This document shows positions 49,115-59,224 of a DNA stretch of 64,000 nucleotides, piece after piece. The translations under genes and the position numbers were made by a program. The first letter of the stretch is position 1. Each line of letters opens with the position of its first letter. The stretch spans positions 896,001 through 960,000 of the forward strand of contig JBKBWQ010000001.1 in the NCBI GenBank assembly GCA_046314355.1. Direction: 5' to 3'. The notes under the pieces are model-generated. The model searched no databases. It saw only the letters and a list, made by a program, of their open reading frames with translations, and was not told the DNA's origin. The stretch comes from Candidatus Altimarinota bacterium. Its GTDB lineage: Bacteria > Patescibacteriota > Gracilibacteria > 1-14-2-50-48-13.

Positions 49115-50179
49115 CTATAAGCTTTCTTGGGTTTCTTCTTCAGGTAAATTTAAAGTATTCATCACCTTTTCAAATATAAGAAGCATTAATTCTTCTTCAT
49201 TTTCTTCAAACTCATTCATTTTTTCCTGAAAGATTGTATCTTTTTCTTTCATATTTGCATGAAGCATTTCAGTAATCAGATACTTAAGGTGTCTCACATC
49301 CTCTATATTAGTTTTTTTAATAAGTTCTTGGGAAGAAATATTATAAAACGTACGAAGTGTATGAGCGATACTCTGTCTAATCTGAGATATTTTAATGTCG
49401 GGATAGAGCTTATCAAATATCTTCTCAAATACTTCTCTTTTTTGTACTGAAAAAGTTTGTATATCAAAAAGAAAGTGACATAGGTCCTCAGCAAAACTCT
49501 CTTTAAAGTAGAGAAGATATTTACTTTCATCAATAAGCTGTTCGAGAAGTAGAGAATCTTTTAATTGATCTCTAAGATACTTCTCTCGTTCCTCATCGCT
49601 TTTATATGCGACTGCATAAGATGAATGAGTTGGTTCATAGAGATAATTTCTTAAAATATATTCATCCAGATAAGCGGTCCCTTCCTCAGACTCACCTAGA
49701 TGCTTTTCTATTGCGTGTGCCAGTTCATGAAATAAAAGAACTATCTTTTCAGCTTTTTCTTCATTAGTTGTATTTCCTTCTTCAACATATATGGTTAATA
49801 CACCGGTATCAGGAACAAAGCTGCCTTGTTCAAATACTGCCCCATTCTTCTTTATTTCAATTTCATCTATTACTCCTGCTGTTAAGACAGAAAAAAGTGT
49901 GGATTGAAATATATCAATGAATTCTTGTTTTTCTCGAACAGATAGTTGATCATCAATAGAAAGCTTAGATATATTACTATCATTTCTTTCAATATGTATC
50001 GTATAGTCTTTAAATGGTGAGTGCGTCACACGGTAAAGCTTTTTAAGTTCCTTTACTTGATCAGAATCCTCCAGAATTTTTTTAAAATCCACCCCAGAGA
50101 CTTTCGTCAAAGTTTTCAGAAATTCAGGAGAAAACTCAGATTCTAAATTTATTCTTTCTGCAGAAGGTATTATATTCAT
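49115..50179 (-). CDS. Hypothetical protein with HExxH zinc-metallopeptidase motif
   Basis: FHELAHAIE ... KESFAE. Confidence 0.6.
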   Translation of the reverse strand: MNIIPSAERINLESEFSPEFLKTLTKVSGVDFKKILEDSDQVKELKKLYRVTHSPFKDYTIHIERNDSNISKLSIDDQLSVREKQEFIDIFQSTLFSVLTAGVIDEIEIKKNGAVFEQGSFVPDTGVLTIYVEEGNTTNEEKAEKIVLLFHELAHAIEKHLGESEEGTAYLDEYILRNYLYEPTHSSYAVAYKSDEEREKYLRDQLKDSLLLEQLIDESKYLLYFKESFAEDLCHFLFDIQTFSVQKREVFEKIFDKLYPDIKISQIRQSIAHTLRTFYNISSQELIKKTNIEDVRHLKYLITEMLHANMKEKDTIFQEKMNEFEENEEELMLLIFEKVMNTLNLPEEETQESL

Positions 50180-50187
50180 ATTATTTA

Positions 50188-53100
50188 TTATTGATTCTTC
50201 ACCTTCATACTTCGAGCAAGCATAAAGATAATCTCAGACTTCAACGCCTTATCATTCGGTCTAAAAAGCTTAGATTCAGATACGGTTACGATTCCCTTTT
50301 CAACCGCATAAGAAAGATATCCTTTGTACCAAGTATTCTCATCTTTCCAGCTTACATCCGTGAAAGGTTCAGCGCTGCCTGAGAAAGTAAATTTACCATC
50401 ACTCAGCGTCATCTCAAGGATTATCTTCAAAGCTTCGGCTCTTGTAATAGAATTATCAGGCTTGAAAGTACCATCATGGATATAACCCCGTACAATACTT
50501 CGAAGTTTTGCGAGATAAATAAAGAGTGCATCCTGATGAGTAATTGCTACATCTGAGAACGGTGCAGGAAATTCGGAATAGTTTCTAAAATCTTCACAGT
50601 TTCCCTGGATAATATAGCGAAGCATCTCAGATCTATTCACAGAAGCAGCTGGATCAAACACTTCTCCCTGTCTCTGGAAGGCTACTCCTTTTTTCAAAAG
50701 ATTTTCTATAAATATTTTCAGATCTTCCTGTGAAATACTCTCTGCAATCGCAGGATCCTGTGACTTCATCGGAGCACAGATAGTATCTTTGAACGGAATA
50801 TTAAATCTTCCCACTGGAGTATTTGGATTTACTACTTCAGGAGCGCTTGGTCTTGTAGGTGCAGTATTTCCATTTGTATTTCTTCCAGGAACAGAAGAAT
50901 TAGTATTAGCATTTTCACCTCTAGGTTCTACATTGGAATTCTGATTAGTAGTCGGCTGAATATTTGTATTCACATTCAGCTGCGCTACAGGAGTATATCC
51001 TCCACCTCCGCCGCCTGTCGTAGGTGCAGGACCAGCAGGAGGTACTGGAATAACAGTGTCTTCAATAGTAACCGTCAGATCCGGAATGCTCACTGTTGCA
51101 TATCCTTCATCCGTAGTAGTCAGCACATGTGAAATAGTCGCAGTACGGTTTCCATTCGCAGTATTATCATTTGTTATATTTAGAGTGACTATCTGCGGAA
51201 CATTCCAGTTACTTGAAGTAAAGGTAAGAGTTGCAGTATCTGCAATAATACCACCAGTAGTATTGATAGCTACTTCTACATCCGCAGTAGGAGCTTCAGT
51301 AAGAACAATACTATACGTATCTGTTCCCCCATCCTCTGTGATCAGAGTTGTACCTGATGTTTCAGTTATAACTGCATTAAGGTTATAAATAGCAGAAGTA
51401 GTCCATTGCTCTGTGCTTAGTCTTGAACTCTGGAGTGAAGATGGAAATGTTCCATACTCCTGCATCCAGACAAGTCCATCTCCTAATGATCCTGATGTAA
51501 GACTTGGCGCAGAGGCTGTAGAATCAGTCTGATATGCAATCCAGTAATCACCCGCTGGAAGTGAAGTTAGCGTCGTAGGGCTTCCATTAGCAACCGGTAC
51601 TGTTACCCATCCATTAGTTTTATTATTTGGTACTGATCCGCTTTCCCATAAAAGCTGCTTCTGATCGTCATAGAGTGCAAGTTCAATATTTCCGGCAGCA
51701 CTATGAGAATAAAATCGCAACGCATTTACAATACTTGCCGGTTGTGAAAGCGTCATTTTAGTAGCATGCACCATTCCCTTCTGAGAAAGTCCTATTCGAG
51801 TCACAAAAGCCGGATACGTATATGTACCTCCATAGATAAATCCACGCTCAGTATCTAACTGTAGATTATCAAGGGACTCAAGTTTAGGATCAAAGGAGAG
51901 TTCATTGATCTGCGTAAAATCACTAGTTTGTACTGTATGTAATTTTGCGGGCCAACCGGCTGCAAAATAAAGAAGTCCTTTCGCCGCATCTAAGGCTCCC
52001 ATGTATACAGGATTCTGAGGTTCACTGAGACGAATACTTGCGACCTTCGTAAAAGTTGCGAGGTCAATCTTGGCAACTTCACTTCCCAGATTTGTCCAGT
52101 GCTCTCCGGAAATGTATGCAATATTATTTGCCTCATCTATGACTACCGTATTTGTAGACTCCGTCGCTGCAGACAGAGTATCATCTATTTGTAGGGTATC
52201 TGCATCTACCTGGATAAAATCTCCTGAATCCTCATCTCCAAAATAGAGTTTCCCCGTTGTATTATTAATTCCTCCTCCGGTCCATCCCCATTGAGGTGTA
52301 TCTACAGTATCTACAACCGTAAATGTCTGAAGATCAATTTTTCCAATCCGTCCTACACTCTGATTCCATACATTATCTCTCGTTGCTCCATAGAGATAAG
52401 AGGTAGTACTGTCAAAGACAAGTCCATTTGTAAAGGCAGCATCTCCTGTATCCAAAACGGCTTCCTCCGTCATTGTCGCAGCATCTATTTTCAGCATCAC
52501 ATTCGGATATCCTGACCCATTAAAATTACGTCCCGCGATGTAAAGCTTATTTCTTATCGGATCAAAGATAATATTTGCATCAGAAGATGATCCAGGTGTT
52601 GTTCCGATAAACTGGTCAACATATTCAAAGGTCTTAGCATCGACCTTCATAATAGTAATATCCGAATCATTGTGATTGGTTTCTGTCACCACATAAAGAA
52701 ATCCTCCAACAGGATCATATGTACTAAATTTAGCAGCACCATCAGAAAGACCTATTTCATAGTGATCTTCGACAATAAGAGTATCAAGATCGATTATATC
52801 GAGATTATTACCTAATTGTACGTCTCCAGCAGTAAACATATGAATTGTCTTTGCTTGAGGTGCTTGAAAATATGAAATAAGACTCTGATCAAGTAATTCG
52901 ACATTCCCTATTGCATTCATGGCATCCACATCGATACCATATATTGCTGTCTCTTCAGGACTATTAAAAAACTGGGCAGTAACCAGATATATATTTTTGT
53001 CATCTTCTCCCTTAATAAAACTATTATAATAATGATCCGGAAGAGGATTAAAGTTAATTGTTCCTGCTTCTGTAAAGCTTCCAAGATCAATGACAGTGAC

Positions 53101-54216
53101 TTCACTAAAAAGACTACCTGTAGCGTATACGATACTCTGGTTATTATTTGCTAATGTAAAGATACCACTCGTGAACGCTTGGTAGTCTTGTGTAAGAGTG
53201 AGCGTATCTAGCACACTCATTGTATCAAGATCTATTGATTCCAGTTTTGTAGGAGCTGATCCACTCATGATGTATGCTTTTCCCTGCGTAAAATCAAATT
53301 CTGAATCTGCGTATGCACCATAGATATTTACACTTTGATCGACCGTCATTGTTGCAAGGTCCAGCTTCATCATGACAGGAACAGCATCATCAACCACAAT
53401 ATACATTTTCTGATCAGCAATATCGAAATCATAGGTTGTTGTAGCAGCAAATGCTGGACCAATAGGTAGAGTGGCAGTTACAGTAAAGTCAGAAAGACGA
53501 ATCTGCTTTAAGTAGACCTGATTACCCCAGGTAAAGTTTGCCGCATAGGCATATCCATTTGCTTCATCAAGAGTGTACTGTGAAAAACTGTTGCTGCCGT
53601 TGGGTACAGCTACTTGAGACTCAATAACCATGTCTGATAAACGTATTTTTAAAAATCTTCCTGTTGAGTTATTCACAGCAACATACGCATAAAGACCGTC
53701 TGCACTTATAGATGACTTTGAACTATATGAGGCAGCATTACTTATAGTAATGTTTGATACAAGCTCTAGATCAGAGAGTCGAATTTTTATAAAAGTTGTT
53801 TTACTGTTATTACCACCTACATAATATGCATACTCTTTCGCACTATCCATGAATCCAGAAATAAAATTTGACTCCGCATTATTATAATCATAGCTTTGTC
53901 TCTGGAGAATTTTTCCATCACTAATACGCATCTTAAGAATAGATGCAGGATTTGAGCCTGTAGCATAGTAGGCGGTATCATTATTTTCATCAAACAGTGC
54001 ACCTTCCATCTCTTCCCAGTATCCATTACTACTCATATAGTCAGTCTGACGAATACCTAAATTAGGATAGGTGTTCACACCGGGACTGAGCAATCCCTCT
54101 TCACTCGCTTGGACTAAAGAAAATGAACTGGGAGATATCATCAAAACAAGCAGTACCATACTGATGATCTTTTTTGCTTTCCCTAGAAAAAAGCTATGCG
54201 TGTTGGAGTTGTGCAT
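50188..54216 (-). CDS. Large surface protein: beta-propeller repeats, beta-sandwich, Calx-beta-like domain, C-terminal SLH
   Basis: Repeated KIxL.(D/T)F motifs; TEDGGTDTYSIVL ... WNVPQIVT; ITRAEALK. Confidence 0.8.
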   Translation of the reverse strand: MHNSNTHSFFLGKAKKIISMVLLVLMISPSSFSLVQASEEGLLSPGVNTYPNLGIRQTDYMSSNGYWEEMEGALFDENNDTAYYATGSNPASILKMRISDGKILQRQSYDYNNAESNFISGFMDSAKEYAYYVGGNNSKTTFIKIRLSDLELVSNITISNAASYSSKSSISADGLYAYVAVNNSTGRFLKIRLSDMVIESQVAVPNGSNSFSQYTLDEANGYAYAANFTWGNQVYLKQIRLSDFTVTATLPIGPAFAATTTYDFDIADQKMYIVVDDAVPVMMKLDLATMTVDQSVNIYGAYADSEFDFTQGKAYIMSGSAPTKLESIDLDTMSVLDTLTLTQDYQAFTSGIFTLANNNQSIVYATGSLFSEVTVIDLGSFTEAGTINFNPLPDHYYNSFIKGEDDKNIYLVTAQFFNSPEETAIYGIDVDAMNAIGNVELLDQSLISYFQAPQAKTIHMFTAGDVQLGNNLDIIDLDTLIVEDHYEIGLSDGAAKFSTYDPVGGFLYVVTETNHNDSDITIMKVDAKTFEYVDQFIGTTPGSSSDANIIFDPIRNKLYIAGRNFNGSGYPNVMLKIDAATMTEEAVLDTGDAAFTNGLVFDSTTSYLYGATRDNVWNQSVGRIGKIDLQTFTVVDTVDTPQWGWTGGGINNTTGKLYFGDEDSGDFIQVDADTLQIDDTLSAATESTNTVVIDEANNIAYISGEHWTNLGSEVAKIDLATFTKVASIRLSEPQNPVYMGALDAAKGLLYFAAGWPAKLHTVQTSDFTQINELSFDPKLESLDNLQLDTERGFIYGGTYTYPAFVTRIGLSQKGMVHATKMTLSQPASIVNALRFYSHSAAGNIELALYDDQKQLLWESGSVPNNKTNGWVTVPVANGSPTTLTSLPAGDYWIAYQTDSTASAPSLTSGSLGDGLVWMQEYGTFPSSLQSSRLSTEQWTTSAIYNLNAVITETSGTTLITEDGGTDTYSIVLTEAPTADVEVAINTTGGIIADTATLTFTSSNWNVPQIVTLNITNDNTANGNRTATISHVLTTTDEGYATVSIPDLTVTIEDTVIPVPPAGPAPTTGGGGGGYTPVAQLNVNTNIQPTTNQNSNVEPRGENANTNSSVPGRNTNGNTAPTRPSAPEVVNPNTPVGRFNIPFKDTICAPMKSQDPAIAESISQEDLKIFIENLLKKGVAFQRQGEVFDPAASVNRSEMLRYIIQGNCEDFRNYSEFPAPFSDVAITHQDALFIYLAKLRSIVRGYIHDGTFKPDNSITRAEALKIILEMTLSDGKFTFSGSAEPFTDVSWKDENTWYKGYLSYAVEKGIVTVSESKLFRPNDKALKSEIIFMLARSMKVKNQ

Positions 54217-54301
54217 GTGGTATTTTTATTTTTGTATAAGCGGCTAACTTGCCTAATTAATATTTAACGTTTTAATTATACTTCAAATAACCAAATAATA
54301 C

Positions 54302-54337
54302 AAAAAAAGCACCTACCGTTTGATAGATGCTTTTTTT
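54302..54337 (-). terminator. Intrinsic terminator after rpsO
   Basis: AAAAAAAGCACCTA ... TAGATGCTTTTTTT. Confidence 0.65.
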
Positions 54338-54340
54338 ACT

Positions 54341-54610
54341 TTATGCAGATGCTCTTAGTCCAAGCTCCTCTACAAGTTTCTTGTATGCCTCAACATCATT
54401 ATTCTTAAGATAGTTGAGAAGTCTTCGTCTCTTACCTACAAGCATATACAATCCTCTTCGAGAATGATTATCCTTCTTATGCATCTTAAGATGCTCAGTA
54501 AGGTGAGAAATTCGGTGGCTGATAATAGCTACCTGTACTTCAGCAGACCCGGTATCCTTCGCGTGCTGCTGATGCTTTTCAATAATAGATTTTTTCTGTG
54601 GCCTCTTCAT
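54341..54610 (-). CDS. rpsO: 30S ribosomal protein S15
   Basis: [10 protein letters not shown] ... [11 protein letters not shown] ... RRRLLNYL. Confidence 0.98.
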   Translation of the reverse strand: MKRPQKKSIIEKHQQHAKDTGSAEVQVAIISHRISHLTEHLKMHKKDNHSRRGLYMLVGKRRRLLNYLKNNDVEAYKKLVEELGLRASA

Positions 54611-54893
54611 AGGGCTGACAAATTTAAAAAATAGAGATACGGGAATCGCAAGAATCTTACAGGAGAAAGCGTGAATTGCAAGATGAAGTAATAGAGAGTA
54701 ATTGAGTAAATAAGTAATTAGTAATTAAGCGAGGGCTCATGACCGAGTTCCCTATTTCCTATTTCTCATGTCCTAATCCTATTTCCTCTTTAATTCTCCA
54801 TACCTACCCCCAATTACTAGTTACTCTCTTACTTATCACTTGAGCCCCTTCTCTTTTTTCACTATACTCTCTTCGTTCTCTTAAAAATCGTGC

Positions 54894-55841
54894 ATGAAAC
54901 AAAGAAACAGCATTTTCAAAAAAGCATGGGAAATCACTACTGATGAGCATAATGCCCGTCTTTTCTGGTACGGTTTTATTCCTGCACTTCTTACTACAAT
55001 AATAAGCTCTCTCACTTATTCTTTCCAAGGATATAGATATTGGACTGAATTTGTCGTCCAGGGAGATGTCCGGTCAGCAGTCCTCAACCTCTTTGGGTCA
55101 TTTTTCGGATATCTTGGAGCAAATCTTGGAATGGGGATTATCCTGATTTTTCTTGGCATCATATTTTTTCTTGCATACTATTTTCTGCCTATCATATTTC
55201 ACGGAGGGCTTATAAAGATCCTGCCAAAAGTACTAGATAGAGAGGCAGTGAAATTTCGAATGGGATTAGTCTATGGAGGAAGATACTTTTTCAAATTATT
55301 TGAATACAAGACTCTCTTCTCTCCCTTTAAAATTACATGGGTACTGCTTACCTACAGTATACTTAAAATATTCAGCCCGGAACTTTTAGGTCCCATGGCT
55401 ATTCCCCTTATCGTCTGGTTTATTATCAATGTTCTGATAAACCTGCTCTTTGTGTTTGTAGAATACTTTATCGTATTAAAGGATAAGCTTGTTCTAGACT
55501 CCATAAGAGCAAGTATGAAAATGGTATTTCTGCACATGGAAGATGTACTTCTCATGATCGGACTGATTCTACTTATGGAAGTCCGAATACTCATAAATGT
55601 TCTCTTCCTTGTAGGTATCCCACTTCTTTTCTTCTTCCTATTAAGCTTTATTACAAACACTCTTCTGATTAGTATTGGAACAGGATTCATTGTCATTCTA
55701 GCCATCGCACTTCTCCTCTTCATTTCGTATTTAAACGCTCACATCACAGTATTTATTACAAGCGCCTGGCTTCTCACATTCATGTACTTTCAAAATGAGC
55801 TTCCTGTTGAAAATGAAACTATAGAGCCAGTTACCTCATAA
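54894..55841 (+). CDS. Multi-pass membrane protein
   Basis: ~6 hydrophobic segments, FKKAW start. Confidence 0.75.
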   Translation: MKQRNSIFKKAWEITTDEHNARLFWYGFIPALLTTIISSLTYSFQGYRYWTEFVVQGDVRSAVLNLFGSFFGYLGANLGMGIILIFLGIIFFLAYYFLPIIFHGGLIKILPKVLDREAVKFRMGLVYGGRYFFKLFEYKTLFSPFKITWVLLTYSILKIFSPELLGPMAIPLIVWFIINVLINLLFVFVEYFIVLKDKLVLDSIRASMKMVFLHMEDVLLMIGLILLMEVRILINVLFLVGIPLLFFFLLSFITNTLLISIGTGFIVILAIALLLFISYLNAHITVFITSAWLLTFMYFQNELPVENETIEPVTS

Positions 55842-55917
55842 AATAGGACTTTTTCGAAAAATTCCCTTGTGATTTAGCGAAAATCTCGTACATTATACAC
55901 TGTCCATAGAAAACTAT

Positions 55918-55992
55918 GGCCCCATCATCTAATGGTTAGGATAGAGCCCTCTCACGGCTCAAATCGGGGTTCGAATCCCCGTGGGGTCACCA
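55918..55992 (+). tRNA. tRNA-Glu (CTC)
   Basis: GGCCCCA acceptor stem, GAGCC-CT-CTC-AC-GGCTC anticodon arm, GGTTCGAATCC, CCA. Confidence 0.95.
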
Positions 55993-57634
55993 ACTGTGAC
56001 ACATTAGAACTAGAAATGTCCTTAAGCCTGAAGTATGGCTTTATTTTTGGTGTTCGAAACTGTATTTCCTGATATGTGGGAGGTGATGAAAACAAAACCT
56101 TAAATAATGGACCGTAGAGAGGCGCATTTTCTTTTTGGGCAAAGATATTAGGAAGGTGTTCGAAGAATTTGTTAGAGAAAGAAATAAGCTCATCTAATTC
56201 CCTCTCACTTAAGTGATCTTCCTCTTTTTGTTTGATAAGGGATTTTTTTTGATTATCTATCTCTTCTATTTTATCTTCAATCATCTTTAGTACAGTAGGA
56301 TTTGAAAGATTCATAAGTTTATTAAATAAACTAACCCGAGTAAGTTCTAACTCCTGTTGGGTATTCTCATAATATTCTTTACTCTTACGTGAGTCTTCAG
56401 TCTTACGTTTCCATACCTTACGCAGTGAGTAATTAAGTACCATAAAATCTATCTTAGTAAAGTTAAGAGATTCAAAGTACTTAAGGATTTCTTTTTCAAA
56501 TGTATCTTTAGAAATACGGAGGAGTTTATGATTTCTATTACAATGATATGCTGGATACCTTGTTCCTGATTTACCTGTTGATGCACTTGCATGAAAAGGT
56601 TTCTGGCACTCAGGACATAAAACTATATTCTTATAGGGATATAGCTCATTTTCTCGCGTCTTTTTCTTAGGAAAGAATTTTGGATCAGTGATAAGTTCAA
56701 TAGTCTTATCTTCATGTAATACTAATATTCTTTTTCCATCCTGTGCAGTATTCCATTGCTCTATACTAATTAGTCCTTCAAATTGAGCTAATACAGGTTT
56801 GTACCATGTCCATTGCTCACATATAATTCCTGCATAAATAGGACGAGAAAGGTATCTTTGAAGTTGTTTAACTTTTAGTTTTGCACCCCCTCTTTGTCCT
56901 TTAATAGTACCTGTTTGCTTATCTCTCACATAGAAGATTCTGCTCTTGTATCCAAGATTATTTACTATTTCTACAATTTGCTTATCCGTATTAATTCCCG
57001 TAGTTTTTAAGTCAAAAATTTTTTTGATGTAATAAGCTTCTGATTCAAGTGGAATAAGTATTGTAACCTTCTGTCCATATTCGTTATATTTTTTTGTAGA
57101 TGCTAAACCATAAGGAGGATTTCTCATCCATAAACCTGATTTTGTTGCAGCAATTTCCGCACCAATAGTACGACATAGTATATTTTTTCTTTCATTTTCA
57201 CTTTCAATAGCTTTTTGTACCTCAGCAGTTTGGCTTGGAGAAATAAGACTCCACGAATAAGACGTACCCAAATGAGCTAGTGCATTTACTTCAGGTTGAA
57301 CAATACTAGTGACGTCAATAATAACTATACCCATTTCTTTGAGCTGATCTTTTATCCTTGTATATCCTCCAACCCCCTCTCTACTCAATCTATCTATAGC
57401 TCTTACAAAAACAGCACTAATATTGTTTTCTTTATTTTTACAAAAAGTTAAAAGATCATTTAGTCGTGGGCGGTCTGATATAGTACCTGTAATAACATCT
57501 GCAAATATAGACTTTATTTCGTATTCTAATTCTTTTGCCTTATAATTACATGCGTTTATTTGATCATTAGTAGAATTCCCTTCCTGATTCTGCTTATCTG
57601 TAGAAACCCGTGCATAGATAACAGCATTTTTCAT
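55952..57634 (-). CDS. Large serine recombinase (resolvase, recombinase, zinc ribbon, coiled coil); C-terminus read antisense through tRNA-Glu
   Basis: YARVST, DRLSR, PPYG, CPEC ... YHC; ends SQLVTPRGFEPRFEP*. Confidence 0.92.
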   Translation of the reverse strand: MKNAVIYARVSTDKQNQEGNSTNDQINACNYKAKELEYEIKSIFADVITGTISDRPRLNDLLTFCKNKENNISAVFVRAIDRLSREGVGGYTRIKDQLKEMGIVIIDVTSIVQPEVNALAHLGTSYSWSLISPSQTAEVQKAIESENERKNILCRTIGAEIAATKSGLWMRNPPYGLASTKKYNEYGQKVTILIPLESEAYYIKKIFDLKTTGINTDKQIVEIVNNLGYKSRIFYVRDKQTGTIKGQRGGAKLKVKQLQRYLSRPIYAGIICEQWTWYKPVLAQFEGLISIEQWNTAQDGKRILVLHEDKTIELITDPKFFPKKKTRENELYPYKNIVLCPECQKPFHASASTGKSGTRYPAYHCNRNHKLLRISKDTFEKEILKYFESLNFTKIDFMVLNYSLRKVWKRKTEDSRKSKEYYENTQQELELTRVSLFNKLMNLSNPTVLKMIEDKIEEIDNQKKSLIKQKEEDHLSERELDELISFSNKFFEHLPNIFAQKENAPLYGPLFKVLFSSPPTYQEIQFRTPKIKPYFRLKDISSSNVSQLVTPRGFEPRFEP

Positions 57635-57649
57635 ACTCAAAGTACAATA

Positions 57650-57787
57650 TTATGATTTCTTAAAAGCCTCATAAACAATTTCAGCCAATACTTCAAAATC
57701 ACTTAGCATAAGTGAAATTTGTTCCTCTGTAAGTCCCTTCTTTGTTAAATAATCCTTTATAAGGATTTCTTCATTCATGTGTTCCAT
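57650..57787 (-). CDS. 45-aa small protein upstream of the recombinase (not in ORF track)
   Basis: MEHMNEEILIKDYLTKKGLTEEQISLMLSDFEVLAEIVYEAFKKS*. Confidence 0.55.
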   Translation of the reverse strand: MEHMNEEILIKDYLTKKGLTEEQISLMLSDFEVLAEIVYEAFKKS

Positions 57788-57869
57788 AGTTCAGGTAAGA
57801 TTCACCTGAACTATAGAGAAGACTTTTACAGAAGTTTCAGAACTTTAGATTTAATCTAAAAAATAATAA

Positions 57870-58553
57870 CTACATTAACTTCTTATTAACGAGCGTTGAA
57901 TAAAGCCTAATACTGTTAATCTGTTTCTCAATTTCCTTCACTTCTTTATAAATTATTGTTTCAATACTTGAATAATTCTTTTTAATTTCAAACTCCTTAT
58001 AAATATATTCCAATGCAGTCTTCATAGTCATTCCACCATTCTTTAATTGATATGCACGCAATGCAATATCAAAGCTTCTTCCTTTATCCCATATACGAGT
58101 ATCAAAGAAAAAATGCTGTATGAGTTTTTTCTGCTCATCAATCTCTTTCCACATTTTCCTAAATTCTACACTTGTAATATCGTATGGTACTTGAAGTGTC
58201 ACATAAGGGACCATAGAGGCTACAGGGGCAATAGAAGCTGTACCATTGCCATTGTAACTTGTAGTAGTGAGATGAGTTACAGTATTCAGCACTATTCTTT
58301 CTGGATATTCAGCAATCCTTTTACTCAATAGAGAATAAAAGAACTTGGGTATGTAAAACTCTTTAGCTAACTCAAGAAAAGCTGAAGAAGTTTGATCTAT
58401 CATAAGAGCCTGATCTACTAACCTAAAGTTATACAGTTCCCTATTTTTGAAGCACTTATTCATAGCACTCTCAAAGAGCTTACTCTTATAGAAGAGAGTT
58501 TTGAGATAGATGAATGCACTTCCTCGGGAAACAGATACTATTTTCTTAGACAT
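57870..58553 (-). CDS. Hypothetical protein, possible C-terminal HTH
   Basis: DIALRAYQLKNGGMTMKTALEYI. Confidence 0.6.
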   Translation of the reverse strand: MSKKIVSVSRGSAFIYLKTLFYKSKLFESAMNKCFKNRELYNFRLVDQALMIDQTSSAFLELAKEFYIPKFFYSLLSKRIAEYPERIVLNTVTHLTTTSYNGNGTASIAPVASMVPYVTLQVPYDITSVEFRKMWKEIDEQKKLIQHFFFDTRIWDKGRSFDIALRAYQLKNGGMTMKTALEYIYKEFEIKKNYSSIETIIYKEVKEIEKQINSIRLYSTLVNKKLM

Positions 58554-58598
58554 AAAGATAAGTCAAATGAAGCTGTATTAAATAATTATACATTATTA

Positions 58599-58907
58599 CT
58601 AAAATTTACATTGATAAACCTTTGCATCTTTAGGTTTCTCACAAGAAAAAGAATTTGATTTTTCTATTCCTAAATCAGTCTTGGAATAAAAATTACCTTT
58701 TCTTATTTCAGTATCACCTGACTTTGATGAAGAACAAGCACCCATTCTAAGAGTACTAGGATTTTTTACGACCATATTTATTTGAAACATTACTGGCTCA
58801 CAAGGATTCCCTAGTTTATTTGGTAGGAAGAAAATACCCAGTGATACACAAAGAAATAAGGCAAGAATACCCATACCCACTAATGGGTCCGCAAAGTTGA
58901 TTTTCAT
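58599..58907 (-). CDS. Small secreted/membrane protein with four Cys
   Basis: MKINFADPLVG-TM; follows a structured leader/ncRNA. Confidence 0.55.
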   Translation of the reverse strand: MKINFADPLVGMGILALFLCVSLGIFFLPNKLGNPCEPVMFQINMVVKNPSTLRMGACSSSKSGDTEIRKGNFYSKTDLGIEKSNSFSCEKPKDAKVYQCKF

Positions 58908-58941
58908 GTTAGAGAATGTAACATAAATAAATAGAGAACTG

Positions 58942-59091
58942 CAAAAAGGGACAACCCTCAACAGATTCTCCCAACTCTAGGTCCCATTTCGGGCTATGAT
59001 GCTGGCTGATGAGAGGTGCCCCTCAGTGTTCAGCATGCACAGCCAATAACTACAAAAGTAGTATTTTAATGGTTTCCTAGTTGGGAGAATA
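58942..59091 (-). ncRNA. Candidate structured ncRNA or leader (~150 nt)
   Basis: Closing stem 58965-58981/59076-59090, internal hairpins, promoter TTGATC-16-TATACT, terminator-like AGGG-TTGT-CCCT-TTTT. Confidence 0.55.
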
Positions 59092-59224
59092 CTTGGAGTA
59101 TATAGAAAAACCTATCAAGATCAAGCCTAGAGTCAATCACTATAATTCTAAGGAATTTGATAGTCTTTTTTCTGTCACACGTTACAATTCAAATATTATC
59201 TATGATTCATATTAAAAATTATCT

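Noticed and set aside
59006-59030. Hammerhead ribozyme (CTGATGAG core)
   Set aside because: No GAAA after the putative stem II.
58942-59091. Retron msr-msd
   Set aside because: Terminal inverted repeats fit, but no reverse transcriptase is encoded in the island or window.
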